Part shown: positions 28,381 through 38,861 of the stretch, in pieces
Numbering within the stretch: position 1 is the stretch's first letter
How the letters are laid out: every line of letters starts with the position of its first letter
From: an uncultured delta proteobacterium
GTDB taxonomy: Bacteria > Desulfobacterota > BSN033 > UBA1163
DNA: 64,000 bases
Direction: 5' to 3'
Assembly: GCA_963708295.1 (NCBI GenBank)
Contig: CAVPSJ010000013.1
Span: 192,001-256,000, forward strand
Program-made: the position numbers and the translations under genes
The notes under the pieces: model-generated
Told to the model about the DNA's origin: nothing
Databases searched by the model: none
What the model saw: the letters and a program-made list of their open reading frames with translations, nothing else

Positions 28381-28588
28381 GATCGCACCTGAAAACCCCG
28401 TCCTGTGGACGGGGATGAAAGGTGCGTCTGCTGAAAGCAGAAAAAATAAATCAGATGCTGAAACAAGTTCAGCATGACATGACGGTTCGGTTCTGATCTT
28501 TTTGTCATCCCGAACTTGTTTCGGGATCTCGGTTTTGGGTTTTAGAATTTAGGTTTTAAAGCCCCGCCCTGTGGGCGGGGTTCTTTAT
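28381..28588. mobile_element. Non-autonomous IS200/IS605-like element (two end hairpins, no tnpA/tnpB)
   Basis: Similar GC hairpins in direct orientation: AAAACCCCGTCCTGTGGACGGGG (28392) and AAAGCCCCGCCCTGTGGGCGGGG (28558). The interior holds AGATGCTGAAACAAGTTCAGCATGACA and TGTCATCCCGAACTTGTTTCGGGATCT palindromes. Confidence 0.55.
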
Positions 28589-28809
28589 TTGGAGCCGCAG
28601 GTGGAGCAGCTACTGGGGGAAGAGCAGCTTCCGCAGGAGGAGCTGGCAGTGCTCTTAAATTTTCCACCGACGGAAAAGGCGAACGCGGACATTATCCGAT
28701 GAACCTTTTTGCTCTTACATTTTGGACAAGCAATCTTTTCTGAGCTGTTTAACACCAATTTTTCAAACTCATTTTCGCACTGGCCACATTGATATTCAAA
28801 GATAGGCAT
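28585..28809 (-). CDS. FmdB-family zinc-ribbon protein
   Basis: MPIFEYQCGQC...CPKC...RIMSAFAF...CGSC...CSTC; AGGAG RBS. Confidence 0.9.
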   Translation of the reverse strand: MPIFEYQCGQCENEFEKLVLNSSEKIACPKCKSKKVHRIMSAFAFSVGGKFKSTASSSCGSCSSPSSCSTCGSK

Positions 28810-28872
28810 CTGAGTAGACTCCTTTAAAAAATAAAATAACATTTTCTGATTCATTCGGCAAGAGACTACTTG

Positions 28873-29060
28873 GCCAGAATCCCGATTTAGGATACTGTCT
28901 TTGCGAGCGAAGCGAAGCCTTGTCTCGAGCGAAGCGAGGGAACTCTTGAGATTGCCACGGGCTTAGCCCTCGCAACGACTTCGTCGGATTGCCACGCACC
29001 TTCCAGGTGCTCGCAATGACAGATCGAGAAGGGTTCCACTTATCTAAATCGGGATTTTGG
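28873..29060. repeat. TGTCATTGCGAG-family repeats inside an outer ~20-bp inverted repeat
   Basis: TGTCTTTGCGAGCGAAGCGAAGC...GAGATTGCCACG..CCTCGCAACGAC..GGATTGCCACG..GCTCGCAATGACA; outer CCAGAATCCCGATTTAGGATA / TATCTAAATCGGGATTTTGG. Confidence 0.75.
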
Positions 29061-29176
29061 GGTGGTGTGGATTGCCCAATAGGCCGAATCATACCTGTTC
29101 TGTGAAGTCCTTAAATCTCCTGAAAAATATTGACGCCATTGGTGAAAAAAAGGTATATAATATTCTTAATTTTTGA

Positions 29177-30196
<1,020 letters not shown>

Positions 30197-30249
30197 AGGG
30201 ATTCCTTACGTCCCACCTTTTCAGGGGGACTGTATCGCAGTTCTTCTTG

Positions 30250-30347
30250 GTCATTGCGAGCGATCCGCCTTAGCGGGAGAGCGCGCCAATCTCCGGGTGT
30301 TCAATGCCTTATGAGATTGGCTCGGTCGTTTTACTCCCTCGCAATGA
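30250..30347. repeat. GTCATTGCGAG-type inverted repeat pair (empty)
   Basis: GTCATTGCGAGCGA..CCAATCTC...GAGATTGG..CTCGCAATGA. Confidence 0.8.
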
Positions 30348-30406
30348 TATTACGGCACAGTTTCTCAAGGAGAGTGACACGGAATAATCTAAGTGTGGAG
30401 TGAGTC

Positions 30407-31633
30407 ATGGCCATTCGCACCATAGATCACATTGAACTGAAAGGGAAACGGGTTTTTATTCGAGTCGATTTTAATGTTCCACAGGACGAAAAGGGCAACA
30501 TTACCGACGATACCCGGATCGTCCTCTCCCTTCCAACCATTCGTTTTGCCAGTGAGGCGGGCGGAAAAGTCATCCTTGCCTCTCATCTGGGAAGACCCAA
30601 AGGGAAGAGGGATCCTAAATTCAGTTTGGCTCCGGTTGCTGAAAGGTTATCCGAACTCATAGGGAAGAAAGTGGCTTTAGCCCCGGATTGCATTGGAGAT
30701 GAAGTTCAGAAGCAGATCGGAAAGATGAAAGAAGGAGAGATCGTTCTCCTCGAAAACCTCAGGTTTCATCCGGAGGAGGAGAAGAATGAAGAAGCTTTTT
30801 CAAGAGCCCTGGCCTCTCTCTGTGATGTCTACGTCGATGATGCTTTTGGCGCTGCCCACCGGGCTCATGCTTCTACGGAAGGGATGACCCGGTTTGTGAA
30901 GACCGTGGCGGCAGGTTTTTTGATGATGAAGGAAATTGACAGCCTGGAGAAAGCCCTGGTGACTCCTCAGAAGCCCTACGTAGCGATCCTCGGCGGAGCA
31001 AAAGTATCCGACAAGATAGGGGTGATTCAAAATCTTCTGGATAAAGTGACTACTCTCCTGATCGGTGGAGGCATGGCCTATACGTTTCTTAAAGGTGAGG
31101 GGTTTCAGGTAGGAAAATCCCTTGTCGAAGAGGATCAGATTGGTTTTTCGCTCAAGCTCCTGGAAAAAGCGAAGGGGAAGATCAAGTTTCTTCTCCCTTC
31201 GGATCACATCGCTGCTGAGCGAATGGACATCCAGGCGAAGAGAGAAATCGTAAAGAACGATAAAATTCCTGCGGGCTGGGTCTGCCTGGATATCGGTCCG
31301 GAAACAGCGAAGACGTTTTCGGAGGAGATCAAATCGGCTAAGACCATTGTTTGGAACGGTCCCATGGGTGTCTTTGAAATGGAGCCATTCAGCCAGGGGA
31401 CCTTTGCCATTGCGAAGGCGATCGCGAACTCCTCCGCTTTCAGTATCGTGGGAGGAGGAGATTCGGTCTCGGCGGTGAACAAAGCAGGGGTGGCGGACAG
31501 GATCAGCCATATCTCGACAGGCGGCGGAGCTTCTCTGGAGTTTCTCGAGGGGAAGAAGTTGCCGGGGATTGAAGCCCTGAGAAGAAAAGTGGGGAGACGA
31601 GGTGATGGGGAGATAGGGAGAGACTTTTCATGA
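30407..31633 (+). CDS. pgk: Phosphoglycerate kinase
   Basis: RVDFNVP, SHLGRPKG, LLENLRF, GGAKVSDK, WNGPMGVFE, ISTGGGASLEFLEG. Confidence 0.98.
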   Translation: MAIRTIDHIELKGKRVFIRVDFNVPQDEKGNITDDTRIVLSLPTIRFASEAGGKVILASHLGRPKGKRDPKFSLAPVAERLSELIGKKVALAPDCIGDEVQKQIGKMKEGEIVLLENLRFHPEEEKNEEAFSRALASLCDVYVDDAFGAAHRAHASTEGMTRFVKTVAAGFLMMKEIDSLEKALVTPQKPYVAILGGAKVSDKIGVIQNLLDKVTTLLIGGGMAYTFLKGEGFQVGKSLVEEDQIGFSLKLLEKAKGKIKFLLPSDHIAAERMDIQAKREIVKNDKIPAGWVCLDIGPETAKTFSEEIKSAKTIVWNGPMGVFEMEPFSQGTFAIAKAIANSSAFSIVGGGDSVSAVNKAGVADRISHISTGGGASLEFLEGKKLPGIEALRRKVGRRGDGEIGRDFS

Positions 31634-31634
31634 T

Positions 31635-31804
31635 GAATCCTAAATCCAAAACGCCTAGGCCGAACTCGTAACGGTAACCTCAAAATAGAAGAAACCCCAA
31701 ACTCTAAACAAAACAAATTCCGACACTTTTTATTTAAGATTTGATGGTTTTGAACATTTGGGTTTTGAGTTTGTTTAGGATTTCGTGTTTAGGGTTTAGA
31801 GTTT
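31635..31804. repeat. 7-nt-period degenerate inverted-repeat element
   Basis: AATCCTAAATCCAAA...AACCCCAAACTCTAAACAAA / TTTGTTTAGGATTTCGTGTTTAGGGTTTAGAGTTT. Confidence 0.8.
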
Positions 31805-31880
31805 GAGAGCTGAACGTCCTTTTTGTAATAAGTGTTAGAAACAAATCCTCAGAATTATACATGGGTCTAAAGGGGTGGAA

Positions 31881-32645
31881 ATGATGGCAAGGTTACCTTT
31901 CATCGCGGGAAATTGGAAGATGAATAAAACGGTCGGGGAAGCCCTCGATCTCGTCAGAGAATTGAAAAAGGCCATTTCAGGAGTAAAAGAAGTGGAAGTA
32001 GCTGTGGCCCCCCCATTCACGTCACTCCATGCCGTCCATAAGGAGCTTGAAGATACTTCGATTCGTCTCGCTGCTCAGAACCTTTACTGGGAAGAAAAGG
32101 GTGCTTTCACCGGCGAAATTTCTCCACTCATGCTCAAGGAAGTGGGCTGTCAGTATGTCATCGTCGGTCACTCTGAAAGGCGACAGTTTTTCGGAGAGTC
32201 GGATGAGACGGTGAATCGAAGGATCAAGGCGGCACTGGCCCAGGGTTTGAGGGTGATCTTCTGCGTCGGTGAGACATTAAGAGACAGGGAAGAGGGAAAG
32301 ACCTTTCCGCTGATTGAGAAACAGATGGAAGGCGGGCTGAAAGGATTGGATGGTCAGGGAATGGGAGAGATGGTGATTGCCTACGAACCCGTTTGGGCGA
32401 TCGGTACAGGGAAGACGGCCACTCCGGAGCAGGCTGAAGAGGTGCATCGATTCATCAGGAGTAAAATCCAGAAGCTTTATTCGCAAGAGGTCTCGGAAAA
32501 AATCCGAATCCAATATGGCGGAAGCGTGACCCCGGAGAATATCAGGAGCTTGATGAACCAGCCGGATGTCGATGGCGCGTTGGTGGGAGGGGCGAGCCTG
32601 AAAGCGGAGTCCTTCTCGAAGATTGTCAGATTTAAAGAAATGTGA
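31881..32645 (+). CDS. tpiA: Triosephosphate isomerase
   Basis: AGNWKMNK, GHSERR, AYEPVWAIGTG, YGGSV, DGALVGGASL. Confidence 0.98.
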   Translation: MMARLPFIAGNWKMNKTVGEALDLVRELKKAISGVKEVEVAVAPPFTSLHAVHKELEDTSIRLAAQNLYWEEKGAFTGEISPLMLKEVGCQYVIVGHSERRQFFGESDETVNRRIKAALAQGLRVIFCVGETLRDREEGKTFPLIEKQMEGGLKGLDGQGMGEMVIAYEPVWAIGTGKTATPEQAEEVHRFIRSKIQKLYSQEVSEKIRIQYGGSVTPENIRSLMNQPDVDGALVGGASLKAESFSKIVRFKEM

Positions 32646-32659
32646 TATAAATAAAAACT

Positions 32660-32881
32660 TAAATCCGAGGCACGAAATCCGAAATGGGTCAAACTCTAAA
32701 CACTAAACTCTAAATTCTAAACAAATCCAAAATCTAAAAGTCAAAAGGTCATGGGGTTTTAAGTTTTGTGTTTCGGACATTTGAGTTTGCTTAGAGTTTA
32801 GGGTTTCGAGTTTAGGATTTAGCGTCTGTGATTAGGATTGGTCCGGACGGACGCTTCGCCCGATATTCGAATTTCGGATTT
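32660..32881. repeat. Two nested 7-nt-period inverted-repeat elements
   Basis: Outer AAATCCGAGGCACGAAATCCGAAAT / GATATTCGAATTTCGGATTT; inner AAACTCTAAACACTAAACTCTAAATTCTAAACAAA / TTTGCTTAGAGTTTAGGGTTTCGAGTTTAGGATTT. Confidence 0.8.
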
Positions 32882-32910
32882 ATTAAGGGAATGAAAAGGG
32901 GATTGAATCT

Positions 32911-33231
32911 ATGACAATCATCGTTGTTGTTCATGTTTTAGTGTGCGTTGCGCTTATTTTGATCGTTCTGCTTCAGGCAGGAAAAGGGGCAGAAATGGGA
33001 GCTGCATTCGGAGGAGCGAGTCAGACCATTTTCGGGAGCGCCGGCGCCATGGGATTTTTATCCAAACTGACCACCTTCGCTGCGGTTATTTTTATGATTA
33101 CCTCGCTTCTTCTAACGTTCTCATCGGCGAGGAAGGGTTCCACAATTATGAAGGAGAGGCCGGCTCCTACGGCTCCGGCGGCCCCTTCTCAGGTTCCGGT
33201 TCAGCCTCCGGCGCCTGTTCCCGAGAAGTAA
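32911..33231 (+). CDS. secG: Preprotein translocase subunit SecG
   Basis: LILIVLLQAGKGAEMGAAFGGASQTIFGS...FLSKLT; follows tpiA. Confidence 0.96.
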   Translation: MTIIVVVHVLVCVALILIVLLQAGKGAEMGAAFGGASQTIFGSAGAMGFLSKLTTFAAVIFMITSLLLTFSSARKGSTIMKERPAPTAPAAPSQVPVQPPAPVPEK

Positions 33232-33340
33232 GAAAACCCTGGCGTAAGGCAGTGCTGCTGTGCTGACGTCTGGACTGCAACACTGCGGGACTTGGATAAC
33301 CGCAGCACTGAACTGGCTTGTTTTTGATAGCGAATCGATT

Positions 33341-33426
33341 GCCGAAGTGGTGGAATTGGTAGACACGCCATCTTGAGGGGGTGGTGGGTAACCCCCGTGG
33401 GGGTTCAAATCCCCCCTTCGGCACCA
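33341..33426 (+). tRNA. tRNA-Leu (anticodon GAG)
   Basis: Acceptor GCCGAAG/CTTCGGC plus ACCA; D-arm with TGGTAGAC; anticodon stem CCATC-TTGAGGG-GGTGG; long variable arm; GGTTCAAATCC T-arm. Confidence 0.96.
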
Positions 33427-33437
33427 TTATAGGACGA

Positions 33438-33478
33438 GCAGGAGGAGAGGTATAGGATACCCCTCCTCCTGTCATTTT
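33438..33478 (+). terminator. Terminator-like hairpin after the tRNA
   Basis: GCAGGAGGAGAGGTAT-AGG-ATACCCCTCCTCCTGT followed by CATTTT. Confidence 0.6.
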
Positions 33479-33483
33479 AAGCC

Positions 33484-33699
33484 CTAGCAGGCTGCTGAAA
33501 AACGCCCATCTGCTGCGTTTCCCTCATCCTTCGTCATTGCGGCGTACATCCAAGTACGCCTCTGGCCGACTCACTGACTCGTCGGCGTGGCAAGAGTCGC
33601 TCCTTATTCGTCGCGACGCCACTCTCAGGATTTCGGGGGCCTTGCATCTGGGCATTTTTGAGCAGCCTGATGAAAATCTCCTTTTCGGCAACCTGGTAG
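33484..33699. mobile_element. MITE-like element with IS-type terminal inverted repeats
   Basis: Left CTAGCAGGCTGCTGAAAAACGCCCA; first right end TGGGCATTTTTGAGCAGCCTG (ends 33669); second right end TTTTCGGCAACCTGGTAG (ends 33699); no transposase. Confidence 0.65.
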
Positions 33700-33717
33700 A
33701 TTTAGATTTGCGAAGCG

Positions 33718-34707
33718 ATGATGAATCTGGATCAAAACTCTCCTGAGGTGATGACTGCCATTCAAGCAGCCATCAAAGCGTCGGCACTGTGCGAAAAGAT
33801 TAGGACGGATCTCGCAGGTGGGGAGTCCCTCTTCAAAAGCGACAGAAGCCCTGTGACCATTGCAGATTTCGGATCCCAGGCGATGATCTGCAAAATGATC
33901 AGAGAAAAATTTCCCCAGGATGCGATTGTCGCAGAGGAGGATTCAAAGGAATTGAGAAAACCGGATCGTTCGAAAATCCTCGACCGGGTCACAGACTATG
34001 TCAGCGCTTTCATTCCCGGCTCCTCATCGGAAGAAGTGTGTTCCTGGATTGATTTTGGTTCCAATTCCGTCACGGACCGCTTTTGGGCTCTAGACCCCAT
34101 TGATGGCACAAAGGGATTTCTCAGGGGAGATCAATATGCGATTGCTTTGGCGCTCATCGAAAAGGGCAGGGTGAAATTAGGCGTTTTAGCCTGTCCCAAT
34201 CTCTATACGGATATCCGCTATCTTTCCGGGGAAAAGGGGTGCTTTTTCCTCGCCATGGAGGGAAAAGGTTCATTCCAGATGGACAGAACGGGTATAAACA
34301 AGCGGCCTATTTTTGTTTCCCATATCAAGATTCCCTCCAATGCGATCATCACCGAGAGCGTGGAACCCGACCATGCCGATCATCTTGCCCATCAACGTCT
34401 CGCACAGAAGTTGAATATTTCGAAGCCCTCCCTCAGAATGGATAGCCAGGCAAAGTATGGGATTTTGGCAAGAGGAGAGGTTACCCTCTATCTGAGAGTC
34501 CCGTCCTCCGGTGAGCCGGGGTATAAAGAAAACATTTGGGACCATGCCGCAGGATCGATCATCGCGGAAGAGGCAGGGGGAAAGGTGACGGATATCGTCG
34601 GTCGTCCGTTAGATTTTTCGTCCGGAATAAAAATTGAAAAAAATCAGGGCATCTTGGCGAGTAATGGATTTTTGCATGAGGTGGTTCTAAAGGCACTGGA
34701 GATGTGA
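33718..34707 (+). CDS. 3'(2'),5'-bisphosphate nucleotidase, HAL2-type
   Basis: KSDRSPVTIADFGSQA, WALDPIDGTKGFLRGDQYAIAL, DSQAKY, ENIWDHAAG. Confidence 0.92.
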   Translation: MMNLDQNSPEVMTAIQAAIKASALCEKIRTDLAGGESLFKSDRSPVTIADFGSQAMICKMIREKFPQDAIVAEEDSKELRKPDRSKILDRVTDYVSAFIPGSSSEEVCSWIDFGSNSVTDRFWALDPIDGTKGFLRGDQYAIALALIEKGRVKLGVLACPNLYTDIRYLSGEKGCFFLAMEGKGSFQMDRTGINKRPIFVSHIKIPSNAIITESVEPDHADHLAHQRLAQKLNISKPSLRMDSQAKYGILARGEVTLYLRVPSSGEPGYKENIWDHAAGSIIAEEAGGKVTDIVGRPLDFSSGIKIEKNQGILASNGFLHEVVLKALEM

Positions 34708-34825
34708 TAAGATGAACCCTGGTTACAGATGCCAAGATCCAGTAAAGATCATTCGGAATGATGGAACATTGGGCTAAGAAAAGAAGATTCTCTCTTTCGA
34801 ACGTCACACTTTTCCCATCTGGATT

Positions 34826-35470
34826 TTGAGCTTTGACATTTCACGGTTAAAGAAAGGATTCGCAACGGAGAAGGATTTCATAAAAGTGATCGAGTCTGAG
34901 ATCCCAAAGGACTGTGTCCTGATCTCGGTGGGACTTCCGGGAAGCTGGAAAAGCCCGGTGATGGAGGAGATCGCGAAGATGAAGGGGTTTCAAATGCTAA
35001 GATCCGACATTATCCGGCTCGAGGTCCTGAAAGGGCTTGACGTCTTCGATCATAAAGTGGCCTCTCATCCGGAAAACCGGAAAAAAGTCTATGATGAGAT
35101 GTTCCGACAGGCGGCCGAGGTATTGAAAACTTCGACGAAGGGATTGATCCTCGACGCGACTTTTTTTACCCAGGAGTTGCGATCAAGTGCCGCAGAGCTG
35201 GCTCAAGGGGCAAATCGGGCCCTTGTCATTGCGGAATGCGTCTGCACCGAGGAGAGGTCCATCGAGAGAATCCTGAAAAGGACGAAAGATAATTACGAGT
35301 CGAATGCCTTGACCCGGGAGGCCTATCTCAATAATAAGGCTTTGTTTCAGCCCGTTAGTATTAAGGATTTGAAGAAAAGATTCAAAGCGGTTCCGATGAT
35401 TCACCTCACGATTGACACCGAATATGACCGCCTTCCGGACTGGAAGATCAAGAGGATTGAAAAGAATTGA
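34826..35470 (+). CDS. AAA_33-type P-loop kinase-like protein
   Basis: VGLPGSWKS (variant Walker A), LRSDIIR, VYDEMF, LILDATF; start codon uncertain. Confidence 0.75.
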   Translation: MSFDISRLKKGFATEKDFIKVIESEIPKDCVLISVGLPGSWKSPVMEEIAKMKGFQMLRSDIIRLEVLKGLDVFDHKVASHPENRKKVYDEMFRQAAEVLKTSTKGLILDATFFTQELRSSAAELAQGANRALVIAECVCTEERSIERILKRTKDNYESNALTREAYLNNKALFQPVSIKDLKKRFKAVPMIHLTIDTEYDRLPDWKIKRIEKN

Positions 35471-36480
35471 CCATGGATGTTTTCTCTCTCCAGAAGGCAC
35501 TCCTCAATCCGGAGATCTACCCCGATCATCCGCCCGTCATAAAATTTATGGAGACCCACATCTCCCTTTTGTTTCTGACGGGAAGGTACGTTTACAAGCT
35601 GAAAAAACCCGTGGATTTCGGTTTCCTGGATTTCACCTCCCTGGAAAAAAGAAAGTTCTTTTGTGAACAGGAAGTCAAGTTGAATCGGCGGCTGTCGCCT
35701 GCCATCTATCTGGGGGTCGTCCGAATTACGAAAGCAGGCGAGCGGATCCACCTGGGGGGCAAGGGGGAGCCGATGGAGTATGCCGTTAAAATGAAACAAA
35801 TTCCCGAGGAAGAGTTGATGGATAGATTGATCGAGAAAAGACAGGTGACTCCCAAAATGATCGAGGCGGTTTCAGAAAAGTTGGTTCAATTCTATTTTGC
35901 TGCGGAGACCAATGACCATATCAAAAGTTTCGGCAAACCGGAACGAGTCAAACAGGATACCGATGAGAACTTCGCCCAGACTGAAAAATATATCGGAGTA
36001 ACCCTCCCCGGGGAAATTTACGAAGAGGTAAAGAATAAGACGAACGATTTTTTCAGAAGAAATAAAAAACTTTTCGTGCAACGGATCGCTTCTGATCGAA
36101 TTCGGGACTGCCACGGGGATCTTCGTCTGGAGCATATCGTCTGGGGAGATGAGATTTCCATCATCGACTGCATCGAATTTAATCAGCGGTTCCGATATAC
36201 GGACGTAGCAGCGGACATCGCTTTTCTGGCCATGGATCTCGATTACCACGGCAGAGAAGACCTGAGCGAACATCTGATCGGTGCCTATGTCGGAGAATCG
36301 GGAGACCGTGAGTTAATGGGAGTGCTCGACTTCTATAAGTGCTACCGGGCCTACGTCCGCGGGAAGGTAGAGAGTTTTAGGTTGGATGATCCTCATATCC
36401 CAGAGAGAGAAAAAAAAGAAGCCCTCAAAAGGGCCCAGAAATATTTTGGCCTCGCCCACCGCTATGCACAGAGGTTTTAG
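35467..36480 (+). CDS. Aminoglycoside-phosphotransferase-like kinase (COG2187-type)
   Basis: ETHIS, YKLKKPVDFGFLDF, LNRRLSP, IRDCHGDLRLEHI, IDCIEFN, DIAFLAMDL, YRAYVRGKV. Confidence 0.88.
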   Translation: MTMDVFSLQKALLNPEIYPDHPPVIKFMETHISLLFLTGRYVYKLKKPVDFGFLDFTSLEKRKFFCEQEVKLNRRLSPAIYLGVVRITKAGERIHLGGKGEPMEYAVKMKQIPEEELMDRLIEKRQVTPKMIEAVSEKLVQFYFAAETNDHIKSFGKPERVKQDTDENFAQTEKYIGVTLPGEIYEEVKNKTNDFFRRNKKLFVQRIASDRIRDCHGDLRLEHIVWGDEISIIDCIEFNQRFRYTDVAADIAFLAMDLDYHGREDLSEHLIGAYVGESGDRELMGVLDFYKCYRAYVRGKVESFRLDDPHIPEREKKEALKRAQKYFGLAHRYAQRF

Positions 36481-36608
36481 TCATCAGGGCAAATGATTCA
36501 CATCCGGTGTCCCACCGAGTGTGGCGGTGCCATTTTCTGGAGCGGTGAGTATGAGGATCGAAATCAGGCTTAACGCATCATATTCTTTTCCTAAGAAAGG
36601 AGATTGAG

Positions 36609-37259
36609 ATGAATATCCAGGACCTAGAACAGTTGATCAAGGGAAGGCGTTCGATCCGACAATGGAAGAAGCAGGAAGTTCCGGAGGAGCTGTTGAAGAA
36701 GGCAGTGGAACTGGCGACGTGGGCTCCCAACGGAGGGAATTATCAGGGATGGCGCTTCGTGGTCGTAAAGAACAAGGGGGTGATCGGGAAAATGGCGGAT
36801 GCTGTTCAGTCCGTCGCGGATAAGATGGCCTCCTGGCCGGAAGCGAAATCCTGGGAAGAGGATATCAAACGGTACCAGAAGAATGCTGCCTTCTTCAAGA
36901 ATGCGCCGGCTTGTATAGGATTCTTTACCGGCGAGTATCAGAGTCCGATGGAAAAAGTACTGGCGGCCCGGGAATCCATTGACCCTGAAGCAAAAAAGGT
37001 GATGGGATTCCGAAGATCGGCACCTACCGTGGTCCAGAGTGTGGCGGCTGCCGTGACAACGATGCTGCTCGTCTTTCATCAGATGGGTCTGGGCGCAGTT
37101 TGGCTTGTCTCGCCCATTCAAGCGAAAAAGGAGATCGAAACGATACTGAAAGTGCCGCCCACGATGGCTCTTGTCTGCCTCGTGGCAGTCGGGTATCCTG
37201 ACGAGTCGCCTCAGAAGGATAGAAAACCGGTGGACCAGGTATTGGAATTTGTTCGCTGA
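36609..37259 (+). CDS. Nitroreductase family protein
   Basis: RRSIRQW, WAPNGGNYQGWRFVVV, GLGAVW, VAVGYP. Confidence 0.9.
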   Translation: MNIQDLEQLIKGRRSIRQWKKQEVPEELLKKAVELATWAPNGGNYQGWRFVVVKNKGVIGKMADAVQSVADKMASWPEAKSWEEDIKRYQKNAAFFKNAPACIGFFTGEYQSPMEKVLAARESIDPEAKKVMGFRRSAPTVVQSVAAAVTTMLLVFHQMGLGAVWLVSPIQAKKEIETILKVPPTMALVCLVAVGYPDESPQKDRKPVDQVLEFVR

Positions 37260-37286
37260 TCCCGTGATCGGTTGAGGAGATGGAAA

Positions 37287-37685
37287 ATGAAGATGAAAAC
37301 AATCCGGCAATCCGTCGCTTTTAAAGCCAGCCCACACGCGGTTTATGAAGCGCTGATGGATTCACGCAAGCACGCCAGGTTCACTGGCGCGAAGGCAAAG
37401 ATCAGTCGCAACGTGAATGGAAAATTTACTGCCTATGACGGATATATCGAGGGAGTTCACCTGGATCTTGTGCCAGGGAAGAAGATTGTCCAATCATGGC
37501 GCGGCAGTGACTGGCCTGAAGATCACTTCTCTAAGGCCACCTTTTCGCTGGAAAAAACCAAGAATGGCGCGCGACTGACCTTCACCCAGAGCGGGGTTCC
37601 GGTCCAACACTATCGTGGCATCAGCCAAGGCTGGCGTGATTATTACTGGAAGCCCATGAAGGAAATGCTGGAGCGGGGGGATTGA
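37287..37685 (+). CDS. SRPBCC/AHSA1-like protein
   Basis: ASPHAVYEALMD, GKKIVQSWR, LTFTQSGVP, GWRDYYW. Confidence 0.88.
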   Translation: MKMKTIRQSVAFKASPHAVYEALMDSRKHARFTGAKAKISRNVNGKFTAYDGYIEGVHLDLVPGKKIVQSWRGSDWPEDHFSKATFSLEKTKNGARLTFTQSGVPVQHYRGISQGWRDYYWKPMKEMLERGD

Positions 37686-37761
37686 GACGGGGTCGAAGAA
37701 GCGGTAGATGATTTCACCTTTTGGCGACGCGATTTCTCGATATAAAGGAGGAGCCTGGTTG

Positions 37762-38790
37762 ATGAGAATGAGGACGTTTCTCATCGGTGTGGTCTTACTA
37801 TCTTCTATCGTAACCGTCAATGTCCGCGCGGAAGAGGCAAGGCGTCTGGGAATCAATACGTCTTTTCGTACCTCTCGAGAGGAAATAAAATCGATAGACG
37901 AATTAGGTTTGCGGACAATCCGTGTGCCCTTGCAGTGGCAGCTGGTTATGGTCCAGCCGGGCGAGTATGACTGGAGTACGGTTGATCTTTTCCTGAAGTT
38001 GGCTCAAACAAAACAGACCGAGGTTCTATTTACTATCCGCACGCTCTTTAGAGAAGAGGGGAAAAGACGGAAGCAAAGAAGAGGAGCGATCGAAATTAGC
38101 CGTGAGCCGGTGGATAAAAAGGAGTGGGTTCGTTTTGTGGAGGCCCTCGTTCATCGCTATCGGGGGCAGAGAGTGAGCTACGAAATTGAAAACGAAGTGA
38201 ACGAAGGGGCAATGTGGAAGGGGACTCTGGATCAATATCTGGAGTTATTAAAAGCTGGTTATGATGTGATTAAGAAGACGGATCCGAATGCCAAAGTGCT
38301 TCCGTCAGCGATGAGGTGCGGTATTCTTCAAAATTCTCCATCCGGGTGGGTGGGCGAGAAAGCATGGAAGTGGCATGACGGCTGGTTGAAACCGATCCTC
38401 TCGACCAAGAAGTTTGACGTGGTGAATATTCATGATTATTATTTCCCGAGCGAGATCACTGCCAACGGGCTCACTTTTCGAAGTTATTTGCAACATATTC
38501 ACGATTTAATGAAGGAATCAGGGTTGGGAGACTATCCCATCTGGATGACGGAAACCGGATTTGTGAGTCTTCCTTCAGAAGCCAGTGGCCGGATGGACAA
38601 TGGCTCCCATGAAAAACAAGCCGCGTGGCTCAGGGAGGCGTATCACCAGGCGTTTGAATTTGGTGTTGAGAGAGTGTACTGGTCGCTTCTTCGTGACCGC
38701 AAGGAAACTTATTTTGGTTCGATGGGTTTAGAAGATTCAAAAGGCAACCCCCGGCCTTCCTGGAATGCCTTTCGTGAGTTCGCAAAATGA
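37762..38790 (+). CDS. Exported glycoside hydrolase, clan GH-A TIM barrel (GH39/GH5-like)
   Basis: Signal peptide; PGEYDWS, YEIENE (acid/base), NIHDY, IWMTETG (nucleophile). Confidence 0.75.
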   Translation: MRMRTFLIGVVLLSSIVTVNVRAEEARRLGINTSFRTSREEIKSIDELGLRTIRVPLQWQLVMVQPGEYDWSTVDLFLKLAQTKQTEVLFTIRTLFREEGKRRKQRRGAIEISREPVDKKEWVRFVEALVHRYRGQRVSYEIENEVNEGAMWKGTLDQYLELLKAGYDVIKKTDPNAKVLPSAMRCGILQNSPSGWVGEKAWKWHDGWLKPILSTKKFDVVNIHDYYFPSEITANGLTFRSYLQHIHDLMKESGLGDYPIWMTETGFVSLPSEASGRMDNGSHEKQAAWLREAYHQAFEFGVERVYWSLLRDRKETYFGSMGLEDSKGNPRPSWNAFREFAK

Positions 38791-38861
38791 GACGAGAGAG
38801 ATGATAGAAACGTATTGGGGAGGATGTCCTCGAGATGCTCGAACGTTGAAAGGAGGGAACG

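Noticed and set aside
33341-33700. Prophage or integrative island at tRNA-Leu
   Set aside because: No integrase and no duplicated tRNA 3' end were seen; only a MITE-like element follows.
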